Below are positions 13,501 through 27,723 of a DNA stretch of 64,000 bases, one piece after another; positions within the stretch are counted from its first letter, which is position 1; each line of letters opens with the position of its first letter. Position numbers and translations under genes: made by a program. Below the pieces are notes generated by a model. The model saw only the letters and a list, made by a program, of their open reading frames with translations, ran no database searches and was not told the DNA's origin. This DNA is from Lytechinus pictus (taxonomy: Eukaryota), in contig NC_087261.1 of assembly GCF_037042905.1 (NCBI RefSeq), forward strand, positions 6,200,001 through 6,264,000, given 5' to 3'.

Positions 13501-16500
13501 AATTTCTACCAAAGTATATCTGCAGAGGAGCCCCTTTCCCTCACCTTCACACTATACATTAAAAAAATGTTTCCCTATTCTTATGCCCCCCTTATTTCTT
13601 GCAGCCTGCCAATGTCACGAGGCTGGTTCCATCTACCCACAGTGTGACGAGGTCAGCGGGTCATGTCAGTGCAGGTCAAATGTCACAGGTCGGCAATGTG
13701 ACACCTGTTCAGTAAGTCTACAGACCACCTTGATTTAATCCACGTTACCCTGAATAGGACACTCCTGGTGGGGTATACTGTAGACTCTGGTAGCAATAGA
13801 TTTGATAAATATTTCTTGGTATTTTTGTCAGATTCCATATCGTCTTTGGGTGTCAGATGGAATTTCAATATTTAGGCCAGGGATTTGGGTGATATGTTAT
13901 CAGTGGAATGTGATCCCCTTGTCAACAAGTTTGCTTTTCAAAGAAAAATCAAATTTTTGCGATTTGAAAACAGCTATGCATTCTATATCTATATATTATT
14001 GTTAAAAATAAAATAAAGACTTGACATATGTAGTTTGCAAGAAAGAAAAATTAACACTTTGAAGTTGCTTTCATATTGTTTCTTTTCTAGATTGATAGAA
14101 AATTTATTGGAAATTTACATCATGAAATGACAGTTACAGTAAAATCTTTTAAATAGTAAAGTGATTATGTTCAAGCATATATTCTTTTGAATCATTCATC
14201 ATGTAGTCCTTGGAATTCAGCCTCATGACTGAAGATTATGAATGGCATGATGCTTTCTTGTAACAACATATGTCACTTGTGTCTCATTCCATGAAATATT
14301 GCAAAATAAACTGCCATTATAGCAACTTCATCGGAGAACTTGATTTTGATTAGTTGGTGAATCCTGATACCAATTCAGTTTCAAATAATGGCAAAGGTGT
14401 CATAACTGAAGTTCTTTATGAAATGGGTCTCTGATACAATCAAATGCTTAGTTTCATTAATTTCTTATAATATTGAATTGCAATTTTGTTTATATGTACA
14501 TGCATAGCCTGGACACTTCAACCTTAGCAATGAGGGTTGCCAATCATGTGACTGCCACTCTATCGGTTCATTGGATGATATCTGTGATGTCATGACAGGA
14601 CAATGCCGATGCAAGCTCGGGGTATCTGGTCGAAGTTGCGACCAGTGTATGGCTGGTTTCTGGAATTTTGGAGAAAATGGTTGCCAATGTAAGTATCCAT
14701 ATTCATTTAAACTGTAAATGATAATGATATTCATATTTATATAGTGCTTTACTTAAGTTTCAAAGCATCATTTATACATTTACACAATGAAATAGAAAAC
14801 TACATGAGAATAATAACCAATACATAATAGGAAATGTATTATTTACTAGCATTCATTATGAGTATACATGTATAATGAATTGACACCTGTTTTGGTGAAA
14901 TTCTTAAAAATTGAAGGATGAAATCATATGCCCCTGTTTCATAATTATTTTTGACAATGTATTTGCTAATTTATTTCAATTTCTTTCATATTTTTCTTTT
15001 ATGCGAAACAATCCATGAAGAAAACCTACTTTGTATTTGAAGTAAATGAAAGTAGATATATTATATCTTTGTATATAATCTAGAACCTGATCTTACCAAG
15101 GTAGATTTTCAGAAAATTATCATCAGGACAGTTCTATGGAACTGACCAAATGTGTGTAACGTGCATGATACTATCAATGAACGTTCCAATGGAATTTAAC
15201 TTAACCTTCATAATGTACAGGTACAGTTTTTGTCTCGCCTGCATAGCAGAGCGAGACTATAGGCGCCGCTTTTCCGACAGCGGCGGCGGCGTCAACATCA
15301 AATCTTAACCTAAGGTTAAGTTTTTGAAATGACATCATAACTTAGAAAGTATATGGACCTAGTTCATGAAACTTGGACATAAGGTTAATCATGTATTACT
15401 GAACATCCTGCCTGAGTTTCAGGTCACATGACCAAGGTCAAAGGTCATTTAGGGTCAATGAACTTAGACCATGTTGGGAAAATTATTTTCAAAATCTTAA
15501 CCGAAGGTTAAGTTTTTGAAATGACATCATAACTTAGAAAGTATATGGACTTAGTTCATGAAACTTGGGCATAAGGTTAATCAAGTATTAGTGAACATTC
15601 TGCTCGAGTTTCAGGTCACGTGACCAAGGTCAAAGGTCATTTAGGGTCAATGAACTTTGGTCAAGTTGGGGGTATTTGTTGAATTACTATCATAACTTTG
15701 AAAATTTATGGATCTAGTCCATGAAACTTGGACATAAGGTTAATCAAGTATTAGTGAACATCCTGCCTGAGTTTCAGGTCACATGACCAAGGTCAAAGGT
15801 CATTTAGGGTCAATGAACTTTGGCCAAGTTGGGGGTATTTGTTGAATTACCATCATAACTTTGAAAATTTATGGATTTAGTTCATTAAACTTGGACATTA
15901 GGTTAATCAAGTACCACTGAATATCTTGTGTGAGTTTCAGGTCACATGACCATGGTCAATGGTCATTTGAGGTCAATGAACTTTGGCCGTGTTGGGGGTA
16001 TATGTTAAATTACCATCCTAGCTCTGAAAGTTTATGGATCTAGTTCATAAAACTTGGACATAAGAGTAATCAAGTATCACTGAACATCCTGTACGAGTTT
16101 CAGGTCACATGACCATGGTCAAAGGTCATTAAAAGTCAATGAACTTTGGCCATGTTGGGGGTATTTGTTGAATTACCATCCTAACTGTGAAAGTTTATGG
16201 ATCTAGTTCATAAAACTTGGGATAATTGAGTAATCAAGCATCACTGAACATCCCCTGTGAGTTTCAGGTCACAAAACCAAGTCAAAGGTCAGTTAAGGTC
16301 AATAAACTTAGGCCATGTTGGGGTAATTGTTGAAGTGCCATCATAACTTTGAAAGTTTATGGATAGAGTGAATGAAATGTGGACATGGGTGTAGTTGACA
16401 GTCTTAAGTCTCCGTTCAAATGTCATTTATGGTCAATGAACGTGGTATTATGTCATTATATGAATGATGTTTTTGTGAATGATTATTTTATAGTAGTTTT

Positions 16501-19500
16501 CAAAGTTAGCACTGCTGCTATATTAAATTGCGTAATGCAGGCGAGACTGCCAGAGGCGTTCCACTTGTTGTTTAATAATGCCCTGATTATATTCTATTCC
16601 CTTTCTCTACTGTCATACAGCCTGTGAGTGTGAGCAGTCTGGTGGTCTTTGTGATCCTCTGACCGGTCAGTGTGGTTGTCCAGCCAACGTCATTGGTCAG
16701 CGATGCGACTCCTGTGCCCCTGGGACGTGGGGATACAACTCCATGTTTGGGTGTAAGGTTAGTAGGATCGTTTCATGTAAACATAACTTCCATATTTAAA
16801 ATTGAGATCGATGAATGCACATTGACTCATGATGTTAATCGTAATTTAGATTATTTGTCTTTTTAGTGCATATTTATTCCAGGATTTGTCATGATTTTGA
16901 ATTGTTTTAGTTTATGTCTTTCTTTTTATCAGCCATGCAACTGCAGTGATATTGGATCATCAAGTCAGCAATGTGATCTGACAACAGGAGAATGCAGGTT
17001 AGTCATTAATAATGATAATAATAATACCCATTATTTTAAATGCGCTTTTTCCAAATGGCCCAAAACGCTCACAATTTCAGTTTACCTAATTAATACAAAA
17101 ACAAATGTAGAATGATAAACATATAAAATGAAGGCAGTTGCATAGAACAAAGGTTTTTAGGGACTTCTTAGATAATTCAATTGTCGAATTGGATATATTA
17201 CAGTAGACAGAGAGAGAGAGAGGAAGGGAAGGAGGGGAAAGGGTGGGGAGGAGAGAGGGAGAAGGTGAAACAAAATCATGAAAATAGATTTTAAAGGAGA
17301 GAGAGAAAGAGGGACTGGGGCAGTTAATACATACATATATGAGATGTACCATAGCTGTATAATATGTATTTGTACTTCAAGTAGTGTTGTATTAAACAAA
17401 TGAAAATAATTTTGGTAAGGCTGACACTTTAAATGCACTCCTTTTGTTGATTTGAATCTTCAGGTGCTATAAAAGCTATGAAGGAAGACAGTGTCTGTCC
17501 TGCGGATTTGGTTACTATGGATACCCTAAATGTCGCAAGTGTCGCTGCAGTCGTAGAGGACGGGATCCATCTACGTGTAGGGGTGACCTCTGTGATTGTA
17601 ATGAGGAGGGCAGCTGTGTCTGTAAGGTGAGTAGACAAAGAAGAGATGGGATGACGTTGAGAAGGAGTAGGAGGAGGAAGAGACGAAGAGGATGGGGAGC
17701 AGGAAGAGGAGAGGGAGGAGGAGATGGAGGAGGAGATGAGATGGAGGACAAGAAGAGGAAATGAGGAGGTGGAGAGAAGGAGAAGGAGAAGAAGGGGAGG
17801 AGAAGGACAAAAAAGGAAGAGAAGAGAAGGAGGAGAGAAGAGGGAGGAGGAGGAGGAGAGGAGAGGGAGGGGAGAGGAGAGTGAGGGTGGGGGGGGGAGA
17901 GAGGGAGCAGAGTGAAGGAAAAGAAGGAGAAGAAGATGGAATGAAGAGTAAGAGAAGGATGGTTAGTAGAATGAGGAAGAAGAGGAGAAAAGGGGGGAAT
18001 GAATAAGAAAAATAAAGGATAAAGAGAATGATCAAGGAAAAAAAGAGGAGGGAATAAAAGCAGCAGGATGGAGACAAAAGAGAACAAGGAATGAGAGAAA
18101 GGAGAGAGAAGCAGGAATCCTAAGGAAATTGAATTAATTTTGAATAAAGAACAGGAGAGAAATGTGTGTAAGTGTAGGAGGTGGTAAGAACAATAAAAAA
18201 CAAGGAGGAAAAAGTTGTTGATAAAAAATAAGTATGATAATAGTTTCCAAACAAATTAAAACAAAGTAGACAATTGTCTAGAGGACTTGGACACAAAAAT
18301 ACGAGTTCAGAAATGGTAAGCTATAATTGTTTGATATCTTAGATTGCATTGTTATTTTTTTTCATGGTATCCACCAGGCCAACATCCAAGGGAAGAAATG
18401 CAGCAAGTGTTTGAAGGGTAGCTTCAGTCTTCAGCCCAAGCTACCTACAGGATGTACCAGTTGCTTCTGCTTCGGGATCACAGATAAATGCTCTCAAGCT
18501 GACTACATATCAAAGAGGGTGAGTGTAGTTTAGAAGAGGAGGAAAAGGATTCGATGAGGAAGATGGTGGTGATTATGATGGTGATGATGATGATGGTGGT
18601 TGTGATTATGAATTTTGATGATGATGGTGGATGGTGGTAGTGATGTTGGTGATAATGGTGCTGGTGGTGATGATGATGTCTTGGTGGGGATGATGATGAT
18701 GATGATAATGGAATTACTGTATTAGTTTTTTGTTTCGCTTGCATAGCAGAGTGAGTGTATAGGTGCTGCTTTTCTGATGGCGTCATCAAACATTGAAATC
18801 TAGCAGTTTCTTTCCTAATTTGTAGTGATTCCAGAATATAATATTCTGTTCGGAGTATATGATCATCAATAACTCATTTCTTAGCGAAAAAATGTCTACA
18901 AATAATGCTTTCCTCATTAGATTGATATGATAGAAGAAGATGCTAGTGAGCTGTTTGTGAGTGATGGTAACAGGTTGAGTACAACACAGACTGGTGTTAC
19001 TCACTACTCAGCTGGTGGGGGTGTTAACGTCACTGCAGCACGGGTGGCTCTTAGGACCAGACATGTGTACTGGAACCTCCCTGAAGTATTTCTTGGCAAC
19101 AAGGTGAGATTTGGTAGCTTATAAAGTTGTGGTATTGATAAAAAAAAAAGTGTTAGGGCATATTCTGACCAATTAACGACCACCACATGGTTGTATGTAA
19201 ATTATTGTGGTAAAAAATGAGTACTTAGGAAAACGAGCAAGTGGAAATAAGGTTTTCATGCTATTTGACTACGAATGTGTTTGTAATTTCTGCTAGATCT
19301 GGCTTCGTTGAAAACTATATGGTAACTTATTATATGTAGATTGAGATGTATGATGGTGTTGCAACAATTAACTCCTATCTTAATGTCTTTCTCTTTGTCT
19401 GAAATTATCACTTGTTGCAACTACTCGATTTTGGATCAAACCAATATCATTGAGGATTGTACAGCGTAGTGTATTCCTAATTTCAATACGTTTAATCACA

Positions 19501-22500
19501 CAAAGTATTCAGCCCCTTATGTTGATGTCACTGTGGCATGAAAGGAAAATGAAGACCAATGATTATTTGGAATGATATGGCCAAGAAAGGGTAAGGTTGG
19601 TCTGAAAGAGGGGGATGCTCAAGATGGGGAGTGGTGTGAGGGTATATAGGGACAAGAGGGAAAATGCTGACTGAAATAAATGTTGATTGATATGACTTAC
19701 ATGTATTCCCATTTCCCCTATTAGGTCACCGCCTATGGAGGAATGATCAAGTACAAGATAGACTACACGGAACCAAAGAGCACCGATGGATGGTCTGAAG
19801 CTAGACCTTATCTGCCTCATATCATGCTTGTAGGAGAGACACACTCTCTTGTCATTCCTGTCTCAAATCTCAACGGAAAATCAAGACCAAAACTTGAGCT
19901 CTATGAGGTAAGGAATCAAAATACTTTTTTTCTCTTGTGATTTTAAAATCTTAACAAGCATTTAGGATGGTATTTATGTGTGTTTTCTTTGCCCTTTTTC
20001 TCAATAGAAGTTACTGTGTTCAATTGATTATGTGGTTGAATGACTTGAAATTGAATAATTACTCTGTAAATTTATGTTATCTTCATTTAGAAATGGATAT
20101 TTCTAGTTCACAAATTTGTGTTGTTTAATTTAACCAAGAGGGCCTTCTTGAAAAGATGCAAATGATGTTGAAAAGTGTTTCTTTAAAGACAGTTTTAGAA
20201 TATCCTTATCAAAGGAGCTATATCCGTGTATATATTCTTCCCATTTTTATTGATTATTGGAGGGGAGTTTTAAATTGATATATATGTCGATGTTTGTTGA
20301 AATTTGTGGATAAGTATCGATTTTATTTCTTTTCTCCAGCACAATTTTCTCCACCAAGGTACCGGCATTGCTCCTACCAGGGAAGAGTTCATGATGGTTC
20401 TTCAAGACCTTCAAGCTATTCTTCTTCCTGCTTCTCAGACCTACCAAACACTCTCATCTAGGTTAGTTGTACCCATTAACTTCTGAATTATCTGATTTCC
20501 ATAGTCTTATTAATGGGGACTTCAATTATTTTTTTATGCCTCTGTCAAAGTAAATGGAGGTTTATGGGAATTGGTTCTTTTGACATTTACTCTTGCAACA
20601 ACCGGTTCTTCTGAAAGTCCAGTAAGGCAGTAAGGCAAACATAGACATGAGATTCAAACCTTACATCAACCTTACTCCTAATCCTTAACCACAAATGCTG
20701 ACAATGCCCTATGCCCCTCACTTTATATCTTCAGAGATATTAATGGAGGAGCAACTGTTGTAAGAGCAAATGTCACATTTCTGAGGAATAAGCGTATGGC
20801 AAGCAGTTCAATTTGTGATTCAAAATACTTTCTAAGTTTTGACCATAAGCTCATGAGAATTGACTCACACATTGGTCTTGGAGCAAAGATGTACAAAACA
20901 TTTTTTAACAAGTGTCAGAAAATGTTGCCATGGTATTGACACATTATGGCCATAAATCAGGCAAAATTCATGTGCAGAGCAAACTACTGCCTTGATTTCC
21001 ACATAATGCTTGCGAGACTTGGCAGGTACGTGGCAATAATGTTGTTGTCATGAGCTAGAATTTTTCATCACCTTTAGAAATATATCTTGTTTCTTCCCTG
21101 TTTTATTCTGTACAGGATATCCAGTGTTTACATGGAAGTAGGAGGACCCAGAGGCAATGATACAACTAGCCTTACCGTACTAGGGATAGAGCAATGTAAA
21201 TGCCCTAAAGGATATCGGGGCACATCTTGTGAGGTGAGACTCCTTCCAGTCCCTACATCTACTGACTTTGTGCAAGATATTCTAACACCCCATATGCAGA
21301 ATGATCACCCAATTCAGATTTGCACAAAATATTCATCAACTTACCAAGAAGATTATGGATGCAGGCAATTCCAGCCTATGGAAATTCCAGCATAACAATT
21401 TCAAAGCATCACACTTTATAATTTACTGTATTCAAACACATTTTGCAGAGTTTATCATTCATATTATCATTCAGTTATTTACACACTAAATTTTACTTTG
21501 TAAGATTGAAGAGTTGTAGAATTTTTTTTTTTATTATGCTAGGAAACGGACATGACCCACAGTGCATTATGTGCCCACGTCCATTTGGCAGGACGTTAAT
21601 GTACATTTGCCACTCTCCACCCAGGTGTAGTAAATGGATCCCAGTAGGAAAGAATTCCTTGAATGCTCAAGCACTTGATCAGAGTACCCATGCTTAAGAT
21701 CGCGTTATAGTATACTGCACTTAAAAACATTGTATTATGCGCTTTATTAAATGTTGCATATTTTTATTATAGTTTTTTCTCCTTCTCTTTACCTTCTAGG
21801 AGTGTATGCCAGGCTATGTGAGGGTACAAGAAGGGCCATACCTCGGAAGATGTGAGCTGTGCACCTGTCATAAACATTCTGATGTTTGTAATGATGGCAA
21901 TGGCAAGTGCAAGGTAAGTATTGCAAAAATTATTTTAGGTTTTTTTTGCAGGAAAATGAGAGCATTTTAAGGAAAATTCTACAATAGTTTATTTAAGGCA
22001 AATCCCCAAATGAGACCAGATTTTAGATGTTTTTACGGTTCACACTCTAATCAACCCAATCGCATTTGCTGTTGTGTTAACATATAAGCCAACAAAATGG
22101 CAATTTATCAAACCCAATATAAATGCAGTTCATTCCCAAAGTGATTTGTCTCCACTTCGTGTTTCTTATGAGAAGCTGTGATGCTTATAATTATCCTGGC
22201 TAGATTTGATAGTTCATGACTTGAAGTAATGATTAACAAAATAAGGAGTTGAAGGTAGACATTTTTGATTAATTTATAGAATTACTGAAGAGAGGAGGAT
22301 AATCCAATCTATGAATGGCAAGCAGTTTGGTGCACCATAAATGATCACAAGGACATGTATCTGTACGTAAATGGTAGTGTAATATTGACATCGTTAAATA
22401 ATTGTCTTGGTACATGTAGTACATGTATTTACATAGCATTTTACTTCACATTCATGCTAGTATGATGATTTGTTTATGCTAAATTTGACAGGATTGCCAA

Positions 22501-25500
22501 CACAATACAACCGGGTCAAGATGTCATCTTTGTGCACCTGGTTTCTATGGCGATGCTACCAGAGGAAAGAGCAATGATTGTCAGCCATGTGGATGCCCTC
22601 TTAATATATTATCTAACAAGTAAGATACATGTACATGTATAATCAATATTCTCTAACTAACAGCTAGAGTTAATAAACCTGCAAAAAACATGGTCTTTTG
22701 GCTTTTCGAAATCTAGTCCATAAACTCTAATTCATATATATACACTACTCAAAAAAAGTTAAGGACCACTTTTTAAAACGTACATAAAGATTTTATACAA
22801 GGTGTTTTATTTCTGGAAATACCTCAGTACAACTGTCCTAAATGTCCTTAAACACGCTGTAATCAATTTCACGCATGGGTGGTTTCAGTTGTTGCACAAT
22901 GTCTCTCGCATCACTGCACATCCTGAAAAGTGGGCCCCGAGGGGTATCAGCTACCGACATGAAGTGGTAAAAACGAATGTCTGAGTGTCTTTCAGGCAGT
23001 TCAGTAACGAGTGTGACCACCTCCTGCAGCAATAACGGCTTCACAGCGCTGTCTCATGGAGCTGATGAGGCGATTGATGTCTCTGACGTCCAGTGCATCC
23101 CATGCAGCCTCCAGAGCCACACCCAGCTGCTGCAGTCCAAGTGGATGGGCTTCGAGCTGGTCGAGACTCCTCCCCATCATGTCCCAGACGTGCTCTATCG
23201 GGTTTAAGTCCGGGGACCTCGCTGGCCACTCCATACGCTCAATCCCCTGGCCCTCAAGGAACTCGGTCACCACCCTAGCTCGGTGGGCACGGGCATTGTC
23301 ATCCATGAAAATGATGTTTTGTCCCACATTTTCTGCAAATGGCACCACTATAGGTTCAGGGACCTCATCCCTGTACCTCACTCCTGTCATTGCTCCCCCT
23401 GGGACCACGTAGAGACGAGTACGGTTGGCGTAGGTGATGCCTCCCCACACCATGACGCTGCCTCCCCCATAACGGTCATGTTCTGCAATACAGGGGTCTG
23501 CAAATCTCTCTCCTGGTCGCCTCCAGACTCTCGAACGTCCATCATTGTGGTCAAGGGAAAATCTTCTCTCATCTGTGAACAGAACTCTACGCCATTGCTG
23601 TCTGGTCCATCTGACATGCTCCCGGGCCCAGTTGAGACGAATTCTTCTGTGAGCAGGGGTGAGTGGGACACACTGAGCTGGCCGTCTGGCATGCATATTG
23701 GCTCTGTGAAGTCGGTTACGGATTGTTTGAGTGGAAACAATCACTCCAGTTGCTGCAGCGAAGTCATTGTTGAGGCGGCGTGCACTGTGAAAGCGGTTGC
23801 GGAGGCTGAGATTCGTCAAGTAGCGATCATCTCTAGGGGTTGTCGAAACTGGTCGGCCACTGCGGGGTCTCTCGGAGTATAGCCCTGTCTCTCGGTGTCT
23901 TTGATTTGCTCTGCTAATGACACTGTGTGACACGCCCATCATTCTGGCTACTCTTCGCTGACTGAGGCCAGCTTCCAGCATCCCTAGGGCTCTGGCTACA
24001 TCTGTTTCACTTAGGTGGTGTCTTGGCATTGCTGTTGTAGGCAAGTTGTTGATTGTACAGACTAAAGACGGAAAATGCTTTGGAAGACACTTGTCTTATG
24101 GCCCACTGCAATGATGCCAGAGACATCATGAAAGAACTGCATGTGTGAAATTGATGTCATTGTGTTTGATGGCATTCTGGACAGCTGTATCTTGGCATTG
24201 CTATTGTCAGCAAGTTGTTGATTGTAGAGACTAAAGACAGAAAATGCTTTGGAAGCCACTTTTGTACGGGCACATTGCAATGATGCAAGAGACATGAAAG
24301 AACTGCATGTGTGAAATTGATTTCATTGTGTTTGATGGCATCCTGGACAGCTGTATCTTGGCATTGCTGTTGTCAGCAATTTGTTGATTGTAGAGACTAA
24401 AGACAGAAAATGCATTTGAATCCACATTTGTACCACTTCACAATGGGCCCACTTTTCAGGATATGCAATAATGCGAGAGACATCATGCAACAACTGAAAC
24501 CACCCATGTGTGAAATTGTTACAGGGTGTTTGAGGAGATTCAAGACAGCCATATTCGGGTATTTCTAGAAATACAACACCCGGTTTGAAAATTGTATACA
24601 CACATTAAAAAGTGGTCCTTAACTTTTTTTGAGTAGTGTATATATATATATATATATATATTCATTTTTCTTAATTGATAATTCATAGAATGTTTATATA
24701 TGGTATTCATGTTTTGGATTGGCATTCAAAATTTTAAGACAAATATTAAAATAAAAAGAATTAGGTATTTAAATTCCTTCGTGTTATGTGTTTGATGAAT
24801 ATTTTGCACTGTATGCAATTGCTTTGCATTGTCAGAAATTCCTCTGATTAATGCCCATTCACACGGTCTCATGTTTTTTACCTTGTAGCCCTTAGCTGCT
24901 TCAAAGGAATCACGCTGTATTTGTCTCTTCATGACACCAGCGAAATGACAGTCATAACTGGGGCCTGTTTCATAAATTTTGTTATGATAAGAATTTGCAA
25001 TGGGAGTTTAAAGCTATTGAAATCCTTCAATCTGATTGGCTGATAGTAAACTGTGCATTTATTATTGTAACAAGTCTTTGTGAAACGGGACCCTTAAGTG
25101 ACTTCTTTTCTATCAGAACCAACTGTTTAATGTAGCCATAATTTCTGTTTCAATCAGATATGGTCATGCATGAACCCACGACACTAAAGCCCGTCTGACA
25201 CTATGCAATTTGTTGCGATCCGAATTTCAAATTAATTGTGATAACATTTGATATGGACATTCCAACTATTAAAAATCTTACGAAGCAGAGGTCAGAATAG
25301 TGGTAGGACTACTGAAATCGAAATTCAGTCGAGTTATAGCCTCCCTGAATGAATGAAAATAAATTTAATTCCAAATCGTAATGACGTCATCATCGGCTGT
25401 GACTTGAAGCCGATTTGAACTTTACTCTGACCATAGGGTTTGCCGCTGAGTAAAAATATGATTTTAGTTTTCCTAACAATATGCCTAAATTCAGATAAAA

Positions 25501-27692
25501 TAATGTTACTTCTTGGAACTTTCATATTAAATGCAAAATGCATTTTTTTTTAAAATCGTGTCGCACTGGATCGCATAGTGTGAGACGAGCTTAACCCCTA
25601 GGCATTGCTATAGTTTTGGCCATTGAACAGTCATGATAAACATTCATTCATCCTTTTGATCTCAATTTTAGTTTCAGTCCCTTGTGTGAGTCTGCATCTG
25701 ATGGCGGTTACATCTGTACAGCTTGCCCCCGCGGGTACAGTGGGAGATACTGTGAAAGGTGATTTTATATCAATACTTTGTAGAAAGGGGAGACAAAAAA
25801 ACATTGAAGGATGCATGCATCTGCTTCCCTCCCCCTTTTTGATATGTGCCTAAAACGGAAGAAAATTGTTTCAGATTAAAATTTGTTGAATCAAACAATG
25901 TTTAGTACTCATTTTCTTGTCAATGACATGTTTTTACCATTGAAACTGTTTAGTTGAGAGATGCAATTATAAATATGTTTGTATCTCCATCAATTGGAAA
26001 AATTTAATTACTGTGTCACATGGTCTGAGAAATAAAAAACAGGAAAGGCATGCAAAATGCAGGCTAGTTGTATCACCTTTTTATAATGAAGTTGGAAAAT
26101 ATATCTCTTATATTTATTTGCTTTCAAATTATTGTTTTTGTTTGGTTTTTAACAGTGCTCTATATCAGAGAAAGAATAGAGGTGCCAATCAAAACCTATC
26201 ATCTCACTTTAACAACATTCTTAATTTGTATTGTTTTTTTTTCCATGACAGGTGTGCTCTTGGTTATTATGGCAACCCCTTTGTCCCAGGAGGAAGCTGC
26301 CTCCCCTGTGGCTGCAATGAATACGGCTCAAACTCTACAGCGTGTAATAGCACCACTGGACAGTGCCACTGCATTCCGGGGGTGACAGGACGTAGCTGTG
26401 ATGAGTGTAGCCCGAGGCATGTGATTACAGGAGATGGATGTACTTGTAAGAAAACATTTGATTTATAGAAAAAAAAATCAGAATTAGTGAATTTTCATAT
26501 CTGTTGAATTAGGCGTACAATGCATGATGTCTCATGAATTAAAGATTACTCAAAGACATATAATATGGCTTCGTATTGTCATCTTATACCTTTTTGATAG
26601 AAAGTTGACTTTTGTTTTGACTCCTAAACACATCATTAAAGTTATTTCTTTTGAGTTAAATTATAGCCATTAAAATGCAAGGTGCATTTCAAGAATGAAT
26701 ATGAGTCAGAAACTGATTTGATTCTATTTATACTGGAAGAAGAATGTTTATTTACATATCATAGAAATGCCAATCATGATTGTCAAGCAAGTTCAGCAGT
26801 ATTAACTACTGAATAAACAAAAGATATTAAAGCCAAGTTTCCTGTTACACCAAATGAATGAGAAACAAAGTTTAACAGGGATCTCGTTAACGGTAAAAAA
26901 TGCAGTTTTTTTTTATAAAAAAGAAAATATTACTAACAATTAATATGAATTAACTTTGGGATCACTGAAAAAAGTCTAATTTGAGTTTTTTTTCCACAAT
27001 CACAAAAGTTTACCCATTTCTGGTACTTTTTTGCTTGTGCGGCTGCAAGATTCAAGCTCCAAGCTCCAAATAATAGATAAATGTTTGTGATTTTTAGAAA
27101 AAGAATGTTTTATGTAGAATCTAATTTTTTTAAACTTCCATACTTGTGTGAATTATTACATATATGTAGCATGTGATGATGGTTGTACCGGACCTCTACT
27201 GGATGCTTTGGATGAGATGAAAGATGATGTGGATGGTCTCAACACCTCAAGATTTATCCCCCCTCCATGGCCCATCCTCATGCGACTTACAGATGAGAGA
27301 AATCAACTCCAGGTAAGTGTGGTACCAATGAGAATATTGGTGATGGTGGAGATGATAGTGGTGGTGGTAGTCATTGGTGATAATGGTGAAAGTGGTAGTG
27401 TTGGTGGTAATGTTGACCGTGCAATGATGATTATGGTGATTGTATAGTTGATGATACATATAGTTTATATTGATTTCCATGTTGGTGATGTTTTGGTAGT
27501 AATGGCAGGATGGTATCCACTATTGCAATGAGAGTGGTAATATCGGAGTGAAACAAATGACAAGATGGGAGGTTTTTTACGGCAGTTGGTTGTGGTTGAC
27601 TGCAATGAAGATGATGCTGATGACAAAGTTAATCATGATAAAGTTAACCGGTTCATTCAGGTGGTATTGATAATAATACGATGATGTTGTTA

Positions 27693-27723
<31 letters not shown>

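Larger units (their letters stand above)
22743..24638 (-). mobile_element. Full-length Tc1-family DNA transposon (1896 bp) in laminin intron 17
   Basis: Perfect 34-bp terminal inverted repeats (cactactcaaaaaaagttaaggaccactttttaa) that continue as imperfect inverted repeats for ~220 bp; TA on both flanks; internal transposase ORF. Confidence 0.96.

Noticed and set aside
15333-16440. CRISPR-like repeat/spacer array
   Set aside because: The units are homologous along their full length and lie inside a transposon-like structure.
17515-18087. Long ORFs rich in F/L/S/P or E/R/G on both strands
   Set aside because: They are translations of the polypurine tract, not genes.
23056-23882. Plus-strand ORFs of 118 and 199 aa overlapping the transposase
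   Set aside because: Antisense shadows of a GC-rich coding sequence with no recognisable motifs.
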